This document shows, piece by piece, positions 1 to 10,572 of a DNA stretch of 20,000 bases. The stretch spans positions 47,089 to 67,088 of the forward strand of contig JYFJ02001888.1 of NCBI GenBank assembly GCA_000934665.2. The letters are read 5' to 3'. How positions within the stretch are numbered: position 1 is the stretch's first letter; each line of letters starts with the position of its first letter. Under the pieces are notes generated by a model, which searched no databases, was not told where the DNA came from, and saw only the letters and a program-made list of their open reading frames with translations. This DNA comes from Catajapyx aquilonaris. Lineage: Eukaryota. Made by a program: the position numbers and the translations under genes.

Positions 1-639
1 TCATCACTCTGACGTTGATAATACCGGAATTGCTCAATATTCCTCCATAAATCTAAGAAACTTCACTGGGAAACATTACAAAAGCGTGACCCACCCGAAC
101 TCGAACAAAAAACCAATCATAACCTTAGCGACACCTGACGGTCCAATCCATGTCGCCATACCTATATTTCCTAGAAAAAAAAGTACCAACCTGGCAACCT
201 CCATTTGAAAAATCGGTCGAGTCAAGCAGCCCGTAAAGAACTGGCATTCATGGAGGCCTGAATGGGTCACAATTTTTCGTTCCGCCGGACATTTATTCTC
301 GGGGACCAAGTCGTTTGACATGACCCTTGAAAAGCTTTCGCGTTCACCTTTCACCAACAGGTCTGCATTTATAAATAAGCAAAACGGAGGGCTTCCACCA
401 GACTGGAAAAGAAGGTACGAACTACGCTGCCAACTGCGACGTATCCAATATGTTTGATTGCTATGTCTATTTATGCGCCAGTACTGTATCGATCTGCATT
501 GGCCTTTACTGCATGCACACACTATCAGTAAGATATGTATTCAAAAATAATCAGTCAACGTTGTTCGGCTGAGAATAAACGCTGACCTGGATGCCTCTGA
601 ATTGATATGGCCTTTAGTATCACTGTAATTCATTCTTGG

Positions 640-852
640 GACATTTTCTGATGTGGCAGAAGTGCAAATCGAAGTGACTAGATAGGCGTGAGCCGTGCGA
701 GTAAGAAGAGGTACGCCTTGAGTGACGTCACCGGCTGGGGGGCAATGGAGAAAAGGCTTGTCCCCCACCCAGTGACGTCACCCAAGGGCTACCATTTCTT
801 ACTCGCACGGCTCGCACTTCGATTGGCACGTCTGCCGCATATGAAAAATGTC
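640..852. repeat. Imperfect ~210-bp foldback (likely old palindromic MITE core) carrying two TGACGTCA motifs
   Basis: GAGCCGTGCGAGTAAGAA..GGTA..CCTTG.GTGACGTCAC.GG.TGGGGG.CAA pairs with its reverse complement around ~751. Pairing extends outward through GGCAGA.GTGC.AATCGAAGTG and GACATTTT, with a ~12-nt insertion in the left arm. Ends and TSD not resolved. Confidence 0.75.
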
Positions 853-1868
853 GCTAGCAGTATGACGGAATTAATGTTCAGCACTGTACTGGATCTTTCA
901 ATGCGTCATATCCTGGCTGTACGTTATGAAATTGGTTTATGGCTACATTTTATGTGCATTTTATACACGTGTTACAGTGCAAATTGCACCTTCAGTGGTT
1001 ACGCTTGCCAATGATTTTCCTGTCAAATTATGCAACGTTACTACCAGAAGCTACTCTGAAAAATACGAACTCTGGTCCAAGAAACATTCAATTCTGCCCC
1101 CCCAACTTTTACAAACTGCATATGAAAGAAAGTCCAAACTTCTTAAGCGCCGGTTTGCTATAAGCAACACGGCTTCCGGCACGTTCTTCATATCCCCCCC
1201 AAAAAATGCATAAACAGTCATGTCACGGGAATTACCTCTTGAAATGCTAGTTTAGCCTTCTTCCTTCTTTATTGCCACCCGGGAGCCATTGTTCGGCTAA
1301 AAGCATAAGGAGAAGGCTGGAGAAGGGAGGAGCCCTTCTTCAAGAAAACACAGTGAGAAAGATGGCGGGCAAGAAAAGGGGACCCTCTCAGAAATTTATT
1401 CTGCGTAAGTGGAAAAGCCATAGAAAAAAGTAAAAAAAAGTTCCCATTCTGCCCAGGGAATTAGCAGTCAAAAAAGATGGAGCGCTGTGGAGAGATGCTT
1501 CCTTATTCCACCTGATCTGCACCCAATTTGCTTCAACTAGGTATAGGACCAACCTTCCCCAAATGAGATAGAGGCATTTGAGGTTCTTATGTATACATAT
1601 AAAAAGAAGGAAGGGAGGAGAAGAAGGTGGCGTTGCTATGACGACTGCCCATTATGTCTATTAAAGAGGAAAAGGAAGTGCCCCTACTTTTTGGGGGGAA
1701 GCGAAGAAAAAATATTAATGGTGCGGAAGATTGGATTTATGGTGCTTCTGCCACGTCTAACTGCTCTGGAATGAGGTGACATGATGGCATATTCTTCTAC
1801 ATCTACAGCATGGGCCATACAGCAAACTAAAAAGTACGCAATAACTGAATTTGCACCGTTGGCATATA

Positions 1869-2141
1869 CAGGGTGTTAATCCTAAGCGTGTTACCAGAAA
1901 AGGTGGTGGTAGAGGGCGCAGACGAGCATTTTTGCATAAGGAACTAGGGGTCGGAAACGCACCCTCACCGAGTTACGCCCCTTTTACGTTTGCGGCAGGC
2001 AGTGTGCAAGAGGCGTGCGGCACGCAGCGGAGTGACTCGGTGAGGGTGCGTTTCCGACCCCTAGTTACTTGTGCAAAAATGCTCACACATGCGCCCTCTA
2101 CCACCACCTTTTCTGGTGACACGCTTAGGATTAACACCCTG
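1869..2141. mobile_element. MITE, Tc1/mariner-type (273 bp, ~108-bp TIRs, TA target-site duplication)
   Basis: TA|CAGGGTGTTAATCCTAAGCGTG...CACGCTTAGGATTAACACCCTG|TA. Arms 1869-1976 and 2032-2141 are reverse complements with a few substitutions and a small indel; 55-nt spacer; no transposase. Confidence 0.88.
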
Positions 2142-3557
2142 TACAATAAATCATATTTAACTCGTACTTGTTTAGTCAACAAGTTAATACCTTGTCGGTC
2201 GTTTCAGTGCCAAATTCCTTCGATTTCACGCCACAGCAGCCACTGCACTGATGGCACATTGTCCCATTAGTCCACTTTAGACCCGCATGAAGGCGCCCCT
2301 CACTGTACCAGGCTCAAGACACTTGCCTCCTGCAATCTTGACATACGGTAAATTGTGTTTGTGTCAACGCGCTATTCGAAACTGTCAGGCCCAAATCCAA
2401 TGGTAAATCCCCAGCTGGAGGTCCTCTGTGCAATCTGTATTGTGCATTGTGCAGGTGTCACTCGATAATGTGGCTTACGGGATGGTTGAAGGCCATGAAA
2501 ACCGAGGTGTAAAGTATCACAACTGTTATGGACCAACACTCTAACACGCATCAATAAGAGGAAAACATTGTTTTGAAATGTGATTATTCGTCCCATTGAA
2601 GTATTTCATACACAACCCATTGTTGAAAATGTGTCACGAATGATTTTCAGAAAGTCCATATATCATGTATCCAAGGCAACATCCAGTGACAAAGACTCAC
2701 CTACCACAGTATTCCACAGATTCATATATACTAGAAAAAATGGGCTTAACATTTGATTCAAAGCTAAGCTTCCCGCAGAAACACTTACTTTGAATAATAT
2801 GATACTTTGGCCGGAGCAGCGCCATGCAATATAATCCTACCTGAATCGCACGCCAAAAATGCATGCAATATTTTACCACAGTTTCAATCGACACAGAACA
2901 TTAGTGTTAATCGTAATATCCGCACTTTGCGCACCCATGAATTGACGTATTTAAACTCCAGCGTTATGAACTTCCAATTGACGGCGTCACACTTATCTGT
3001 TACTCCATCGTAAACTGTTGCCACAAAAGGAGGCAATAAATGAAACAAACTGGGACGTAAAAGGGAATCCAGCAAAAGAAGCTGGCCACATCGACTAAAT
3101 CCAATCCTATCTGTGAGAGAGCAGGGTCCGGTTTTATGGATCCGAAAACGGATAATAGTGTGGGCAATCCTGACTGAGATAGTATGCGTGTATGCATTGT
3201 TGTAACCGCAACGCGTGGCGTGATATGAAAAATAAATGCGGCGGTACCGTTTATTGTTGCTGTTAGGGCCGGAATGAGTGTTTGTTTGTTGATTGGGCTC
3301 AAAACCCGGGCTCCCCCCATTTTCCGAAAGTTCGCATCGCGTCCATTGGCCCTCGAAGTGCTTATGCAGCTCAATTAACCCGGAACGATGCGTATAGTTG
3401 CAAACTTTGGGAGTATTTAAGGCCAATTTTCAAGTCGGCCTGCGCTGTTACGCCCGTTCAGAATTTTCATTTTCATGCCAAAAACATGTAATGGGGCTGA
3501 AAAGTTTTTAAACGGACGCCACACTTTGATTTCAATTTCTAGTGTTGTCGTTCAAGT

Positions 3558-3841
3558 TGCTTAAATGCAGATGTAACAATATGTCATCATTTTATTATCA
3601 CACATTATATTTCAGTAGTGTCCCTTTCAGCTAGCAATATTATTCATTCATTCATTCATTCATTCATTTAATGAATGAATAATATTGCTAGCTGAAAGGG
3701 ACACTACTGAAATATAATGTGTGATAATAAAAATGATAACTAATAATGATAATGCTTAACTGCAGATGTAGTAATAATATGTCATCATTTTATTATCACA
3801 CATTATATTTCAGTAGTGTCCCTTTCAGCTAGCAACATTAT
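3558..3841. repeat. Forward-inverted-forward triplication of a ~60-85-bp AT-rich segment
   Basis: ATCATTTTATTATCACACATTATATTTCAGTAGTGTCCCTTTCAGCTAGCAA occurs forward (copy A ~3558-3652), inverted (copy B ~3670-3738) and forward again (copy C ~3753-3841). Confidence 0.92.
3642..3668 (+). repeat. (ATTC)n microsatellite, ~6.75 units, at the A/B inversion junction
   Basis: attcattcattcattcattcattcatt read directly. Confidence 0.9.
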
Positions 3842-4045
3842 GCCACTAAATATCATATCATAAACTAATATATTCGATGACCCATAAAAGTAACTGCTTA
3901 CATATACACATTAGTGCCAAAATTGCTAATTCAAAGTGGACGAAAAATGTGTATATTCATTATGAAATAATGACATGTGTATGACAGTGGTGTAGATGTC
4001 CTATCCGGTCCTATCTTTATCCTGGTCTTGAAGCACCGGCCCCTT

Positions 4046-4062
4046 CACACACACACACACAC
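4046..4062 (+). repeat. (CA)8 microsatellite
   Basis: cacacacacacacacac read directly. Confidence 0.85.
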
Positions 4063-4195
4063 GTCCTCACCGTGGGGCCTGTGCGAATGGTTGCTTCACG
4101 ACCATGATAAAGTGGCCGGAACTAATTGAACCCGAAATGCACTAAAAAGATGTTATAGATAGAGTTATAATAAAAATATTTATTTAAATACTCAC

Positions 4196-4253
4196 TGGTC
4201 GGGTCCAAAATCCATGTCTTCTTATCTCCCTTCTTACTGCTTTTCGTTTCTTC
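4196..4253 (-). CDS. Cow: Coding exon 2 of the Cow-like gene (58 nt, phase 0 to phase 1)
   Basis: Acceptor tgtgttccgttttccag| and donor CCA|GTGAGT. The phase-0 frame gives EETKSSKKGDKKTWILDPT, which joins exon 1 in frame and resembles the remembered Cow segment 'E..K....G.KK.WI.DP' preceding the first Cys-rich stretch. Confidence 0.78.
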
Positions 4254-6297
4254 CTGGAAAACGGAACACAAGTCAATTAGTTTACGACCATCATAAACCC
4301 AGTTCTTTAATTGCTATGCGCCGGCTATCATCTCCGGAAGACATAAACCCCTGAAGGGGGCTGAAAGTGGAAAGAGGAGGAGGAAGAAAATGGAACAAAG
4401 TATGTAATTCTGGCGAATAACAAACGGGGGCAAACATGAAAGCAATGTTTGCCCCCTTACAAAACATGGTTGAAGGCGCGATGAGCCAATCGATGAACAG
4501 CTCTCGTCGGATTCAATATGGCGACGCTGCGCACACACTCGCTCGAGTCCTATCCCGGCGCGATTTTTAGTCAAGAGGGTGACAAAAGCCCGTGTACACC
4601 AGAGTGCTAATGGATCTCGAGTGCAAACCGCTGCTCTAACCGCTAACACACACTTTCCAGCAGACCGCAAATGTTGCAAAAGTTCAATCATAGGCGTTAA
4701 TGGATCCATTCGCAATAAAAATATGTGCATTTTTGCCACACTTTTGAACACATTGGAGGTATCGGGTATCAACCAACCGTGGATGACGTGATTTTGCTGC
4801 TGAATAAGGCAAGGTTTTGTCCAGTACACCACCCTGCAGGCTACATTCAGAATTTAAATAATTATGAACATATCACTGGACAACTCATACACCCCCAAGT
4901 TCTACTGATTACATCTCCACAAAAGGACATGGAAAACATGTGATGTCACCCCCAGCTTCCTTTGGTTTGTAAAATTACGTCAGAGGAAAATGAAGTAATG
5001 TGGTTGAGATGGGTAGCTAATTCAACTGCAAAGTGAACTGTCGTCGACCACTGGCACATGTCACATGTAATTGTTTTCTCATTAACTGGATAAATAGTTA
5101 CCCTGGAGCAAGTCGTCCTTGGTAATAATTCAGCAGCATAACTATAATTTTGTAAGAATGTTTTATTTTGGATATGCCTACTACTTATACCTGCAGGAGT
5201 AGTAGAGAGCAATTGGATTAAATGAGACAACTTACTCCAGAACCTATCCTATCCTCGCTTAATCACCCATCCCCATGGAGTCGCACACAAAAAAAATTAC
5301 AAACGGCAACAAAATAATCCTGAACAAACAACCCCCAGAAAAGTTCATAATTATATGCATTTTCATAATTTTAGTGTCAGTTCCAGTTCGCGCATACCGC
5401 AAGAGTTGCCGCAGTTCCCATCAACGCCCGCGGCCTGTCAGGTGCGCACAACATGCTAGGAACAGGTCGTTGCCTTCCTCTAGCCATCCAGCACTGGCCA
5501 CATAAACCCAACCTGTCAATACTATTTTTCTCTATGTTGGCCAGCCTGTACATATCAATCTGTTCCATGATTTATTCCCCACTTGGAACCATCAGTCTTT
5601 CTCTATTCAGTACAGGTCAAAGAGGAGTGGTCTCCTTCAGTAAACACTGAGACAAGACCTAGCCCTCTCCTTTGATTCCTCTGCTTCTTGTTTGGGGTTA
5701 CGCCCAAACGATGTTAGCACCTCCGGCCTTCCGAGAGGTCGATGGGCGAATTACTGGGAAGTAATCAATGAACTGCTTCGGATTGTTGGTCAAATCACGT
5801 CGTATTGCTCCTTTTTTGCGAGTGTGTGCATGGGGAAGGTCCAACGGTATATCACCTGCTCTTTGAATGTTAACGGAGCCACTCATGGGTGTCGGTCATA
5901 ACGCCCATGAAAGTGGAAGGCAGATAAGGCATTGTGCACATGAGTGGCAATGCGAGTTATCGCTGGAATTGGAATTATTGCATAGGCAACGAGAACTAAA
6001 TTCTATTGTCCAACCGCATTATTATTATGAGCCGTAAAAAATTAATAGCATATTTTTTATAGTACTGTACAGTATGTCATTTCACATGCTACTCCTGCCA
6101 TTCTCATGGGAAAATGCATACTGCGCTCATATTGTAGCTGATTCGTCCAGTAATTAGCCTGCCATAATAAAATAGGCCTGAAGCCTATTAGCAGTGCTGA
6201 TGCCCGGCGCATATTGTTATAATAACTCTGGAAAAACAGAAACGGCCAAAGTAACCATTAGGTGAGTATTACAACCATATTTTTGCAAAAATTTATA

Positions 6298-6365
6298 AGA
6301 ACCTTCCTATTGGTTGAATTTAACATTCTCTTTAGAATGTTTAATTCAACCAATAGGAAGGTTCT
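6298..6365. repeat. Near-perfect hairpin: 32-bp arms, 1 mismatch, 4-nt loop
   Basis: AGAACCTTCCTATTGGTTGAATTTAACATTCT-cttt-AGAATGTTTAATTCAACCAATAGGAAGGTTCT. Confidence 0.92.
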
Positions 6366-6442
6366 GCAATTCGACACCAGCACATTTAGTTGAAATAATA
6401 AAAGTAATTTCAACTAAATGTGCTGGTGTCGAATTACAGAAC
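6361..6442. repeat. Near-perfect hairpin: 36-bp arms, 1 mismatch, 10-nt loop; overlaps the previous hairpin by GTTCT
   Basis: GTTCTGCAATTCGACACCAGCACATTTAGTTGAAAT-aataaaagta-ATTTCAACTAAATGTGCTGGTGTCGAATTACAGAAC. Confidence 0.92.
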
Positions 6443-7162
6443 ACCACTGCGGACCACCCTTGCCCAATCCCCACACCCCACGTCATCCTCAGAAAGCCAA
6501 TCCTGGCCTACCACGTCAGCAGAACTGGCCAATGACCCCTCTTGATCGTAGTCCACAAGCAACATGGCGTCCCATTAACTTCTCCAGCGGCGCCCTAGAG
6601 GTCACTAAAGCCGGTGGATCCTCGGAGGGAAACGGCACGAGTCGGGAGGCATCCAATCTGACCACAACGGCCGGAAAGAAATTGGAATCACGAAATAAAT
6701 TAGCCAACCCCCGTCGGTTGGAGCACCCAGATCGCTTGGCAAGTGGCCCATTTCCGGAAGACTAGGTAGAAACGGAAAAAAAAGAACATGGTTTCGGTAG
6801 CAATCCCGGAATGTTCCCTCCGCATTGAGGAAGTAGTTCAGAGTCCGGGCGTGCAGACGTCCCCGGTACTCCCGGAATCCTCGGGACCAAATGGAAATGC
6901 CGGCCGGAATCACCAGAGTTATAGCCGGCCTCATCGGTCTCGGATATGGCCAAGGTGTCGGATACAACCCAATGACCCAGGTCCCTGGCGCTTGCCCCGC
7001 TGCTTCTGGAAATGGGTCTGAAATTGACCTCCGGCCGTTATACTGAGATGTTTTACACAGAGGCTCGCCAGAGGTCATCAGTGGAAAAATAAAGAAAGGC
7101 GTGCCTTCTCCCATACATATCAGAGGCTCGAACTGTGGACACTCCAAATGTACACACCAATA

Positions 7163-7321
7163 CTGCCGTCACAAGGAGAAACACCACATCTGCAAAACTA
7201 GTAAGGGTGAAAGTCGCATACATGCCCTGCACTATTCCCTATACGGATCAGTGCAGGGAATGCATGCGACTTTTCACCCTTACTAGTTTTGCAAATATGG
7301 TGCTTCTCTTTGGGACGGAAG
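7163..7321. mobile_element. Small palindromic MITE-like foldback (~159 bp)
   Basis: The left arm CTGCCGTCACAAGGAGAAACACCACATCTGCAAAACTAGTAAGGGTGAAAGTCGCAT... is an imperfect reverse complement of ...ATGCGACTTTTCACCCTTACTAGTTTTGCAAATATGGTGCTTCTCTTTGGGACGGAAG; very short loop; flanked by TA (left) and TTA (right). Confidence 0.7.
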
Positions 7322-7976
7322 TTATAGTAGTTCCAGGCAATACTGGAGTTGCAAATAACACGGGGGCATAAAAATTAATCATATTCTTCTGGTTTAAATG
7401 TAAACATCCGATTGTATGACCATAGGGACTCGGCACAATCCGATTTTCTGGTGGTCCAAAAATGCTATAAATAATGCGAGCCTTTTCCATTTCAAAAGCT
7501 AAGGGGGAATGGAAATTTATGCCGGTAATGAATTTGAGCGCAACTGGGTGCCTGCATTATGAAAAATGGATCAATGGAGTGTGGATCTGGGATCTACATA
7601 AAGCCATAAAGACAAGAACAATGCGCAAAAAAAAAATTATATGTGATCGATGTGATTGAAGTGCAAATAGTGTCAATAATGGACGGTCTTTAGTTACAGC
7701 CAGCAGTGTTTGCAGAGGGCGTGGTCATGAAAGCACAATCGGATGGAAATTTGCACCTTCTCTATCTCACGTGCAATGTCCGCTTCAGTTTCCCGTCCTG
7801 AGAATGACCAGACTTGACATGGTGACCGCACCTTCGGCACACCGGCACGCAATGTAGATTGCGTGTTTTGCCTACCCCCTAATTAATAAAACATACATTT
7901 CTAGTAAGTACACTCGCAGGCAAATGAGCACGCTTCATTACGAGGCAGGCAATGATGCAAATTGAATAGAAGTTAC

Positions 7977-7998
7977 ACTTGTTAGAGACTTGTTAGAG
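7977..7998 (+). repeat. Perfect 11-bp tandem duplication (ACTTGTTAGAG x2)
   Basis: acttgttagag acttgttagag read directly. Confidence 0.75.
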
Positions 7999-10511
7999 AG
8001 GAATATAAAGTACTCAGAATAAGGGCGGATACGTCATATGGAAAATATAGGCATGGTAATTAATAATTACAATAATAAACGAGCGTAAATTCATGATATT
8101 CAGCATAAAGCATCTCATTTCAGGCTCCTTAAAATGTTATGACAGCTTTGTTACCGCGAGAATGGTCAGATATTTGCTCATTCTCTCATCTTTTTCGATA
8201 TCATCCAAGCGGCTTCAACTGTCACATTAAAACCCAATGAACAATAGCAGTTGGACATGGTTCACTGAATTGCTTTGTGCGGCAGATCCTGATCCTAATC
8301 AATCTTGGTCCATTCTACAAAGACCATTTTATCATACTTCTCAAGAGAAGATTTTCCACATCAGTTCCCGTTAGGTCAATATTCGTGGACCCGAACAAAC
8401 GTCCAAAGTGAAATTACTTTTGAACCAGCAGGTTTGTTCCACATCGCTTGACACATGGTATAAAACTCCTCACAATTTCGACTGCTGCTACTCACATATG
8501 CATTATCAACAATCAGGCTTATACTAACAGTACAAAATTAAAGGACGAATAATTACACAACATGACCTGAAAATGTCAAAGGTTCGATTCATTCCCTACA
8601 ATTTTCATGCTTGTTTCTCAGTGTGGTGTTACGACCCAAATAAAAGTTGAAAGCAAGAAGGTCGAACTTCCTCACAAATTCGGTTTAAACTTATCTGCTG
8701 GACAAGTTGGACAGAACTCTTCGTCCTACACGTCCCTGCAGCGTGACATCCACGAATTATTTATGGGCTATCGGGCATGCCCTGATACCAGGCGACAACT
8801 CCTAACCCTGATAAATCCTGGATTTTCTTTTGCAAACTGTAGTCCCCGTAAAACATACCAGTGCCCACCCATGTCAATAAAGATCAACCCATTTGTACCG
8901 GCTGGCCGCACAAGACAACACACCCCATTTTTTTTTGGACATCAGTATTGATCACCCGGACCCAAAACATGTAATCTTCTAGCCTCCAGTTATAGTCCCC
9001 ATCGCCTTTAAAACCCAGGACACAAACTTGCTTGCCTTTCACCATTAGTGCCCAGACAACCATGCCTTTGTAGGCCCAACTTTGTCTCCCAATTGAAATG
9101 CGAACTGCACTATATGCTGTTGCCTCCAGGACTAATGGGACCACTAAGCGCACTCACAGTCCCACAAAAAACTGGTATGTCAGCACCTACTATAACATAC
9201 GTCGTTCATAGCCTCGTATAAAAAAAAGTAATTACGGAATTAGATGAAAGATAAACATTGGACCGATGCTTCAGGCCATTTTAATCCGGCTGTAATTCAT
9301 TTCGGAATTATTTCGTGTGCGTTACACAGAAATTAATATCAGGGCAGCACCGTGGCCGCTTGCTATTGGCCCAGCGTTACCCAGGTAATTGAATGAAACG
9401 CGCAATAATGGTGGAACACAGCAGGAAAATCAATTTTCGCAGAGTACTGAGATGTGGGTGAAAAAAATTATGGGCGCTAGGAAAATCACGCAAATTCTGA
9501 CTTCGTCATCGACCTATCGCTGAGATGATTTACGTCACTCATAGTCTGGCTGCAGTACCTCATTAGGCCCTGAGAAATTGAATCTGGTGTCTTAAAACAT
9601 CCTTAATTGAGTATCATCCCAGGCCTCTGAATTCTTATGTGGGTCACTGTGTCATGCCAATATCACTTAGCATCGTTTATTTAATCATAGTGCTGATATC
9701 AATATTCTATTGCGTTTACAGTTAGCCCACACAATTTCCAATAATGGAAAAACTCTTTCTAACGTTCAAGGCAAAGAATTCGCCCTTCCCATATTTTTTC
9801 TGAACAATATGAAAACTTTTTGGCCTCGAAGTAACACTGTAGCCGCAGTTACGTCACGACAGTCCTGCAACGTCACGCTGCAGGTACTTTGCAGTCGTCG
9901 TGACAATGCAGCCTTAAAAAAACATGGCTCAACAATTTGGACTAAACGCACTAATTAGCTGATTATAACTTATTCATGTAACTCCTGATGCTAATTATGC
10001 AGTACTGCGACTCTTACATCCTCCTGAGACCCTCACCTTTTTTCTTTTTTAAATAAATTCTCTACCTCGGCACATTTCTTAAGACTCATACACAGTCTTG
10101 GGCTGAAAAGGAACCTAGTGCTCTGGGAAATTCCATTTCGTGCGACACGGAAAGCAGTATAGACTTCACGTGAAAACGTTTGGGTGGGAAAGGGAGGAAT
10201 TTGGGCTAGAAAGGATTTTCTGCTTGGATGTATAATATCGGTTTTGTTGCAAGAAAACCCCTTCCTTCCCCGCATCAAAGTCTCTAATTAATTCCACTTG
10301 GCCTGCCAGATACGCAGCCCTATTTATAGTCGGTGATATTGCATAATGTCTCCAGCAAGCAGGTAGAATTATGATTATTACTGGTATGTCTCGAGCAAAT
10401 ATGAACCAGGGTCTGCTTTGTATTCATTGTGTGGAATAGTGCAACTATTTAAAAAAAAATCACATATGAAAATCGTATAGTATATGTATAGGACACTTGG
10501 ATTTGTAATAT

Positions 10512-10572
10512 AATTTTTTTCAATATTTTAAATGAACAAATGAAGATTTGTTCATAAATATTGAAATAAATT
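10512..10572. repeat. AT-rich imperfect hairpin (~27-bp arms, GAAG loop)
   Basis: AATTTTTTTCAATATTTTAAATGAACAAAT-gaag-ATTTGTTCATAAATATTGAAATAAATT; one mismatch plus a small bulge. Confidence 0.7.

Larger units (their letters stand above)
1..4195 (-). other. Intron 2 of the Cow-like gene (partial, runs off the window)
   Basis: GTGAGT donor at 4195. I found no exon encoding the expected Cys-rich continuation in 1-4195. Confidence 0.6.

Noticed and set aside
1..62. Minus-strand FLDLWRNIEQFRYYQ, reminiscent of an RGS-domain helix
   Set aside because: Preceded by an in-frame TGA. The good acceptor (cccag) gives a stop in all three phases, and it is not the expected Cow exon 3.
1236..1296. Minus-strand 61-nt segment with good acceptor and GAG|GTAATT donor
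   Set aside because: All three frames contain a stop codon.
3000..3176. FFCWIPFYV, resembling the GPCR TM6 CWxP motif
   Set aside because: Isolated motif with no TM7 NPxxY or other transmembrane exons; a stop follows shortly.
4196..4253. Alternative frame KKRKAVRREIRRHGFWTRP (Harbinger-transposase-like N-terminus)
   Set aside because: The phase-0 frame joins exon 1 into a Cow-like peptide, and there is no transposase body nearby.
4612..4652. tRNA/SINE A-box-like GTGTTAGCGGTTAGAGC on the minus strand
   Set aside because: No B-box and no cloverleaf.
8681..8746. SWTELFVLH, resembling a nuclear-receptor LBD motif
   Set aside because: A stop follows within a few codons and there are no other nuclear-receptor segments.
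9840..9915. Degenerate inverted repeat around GTCACGAC...GTCGTGAC
   Set aside because: Short and gapped pairing with no definable ends or TSD.
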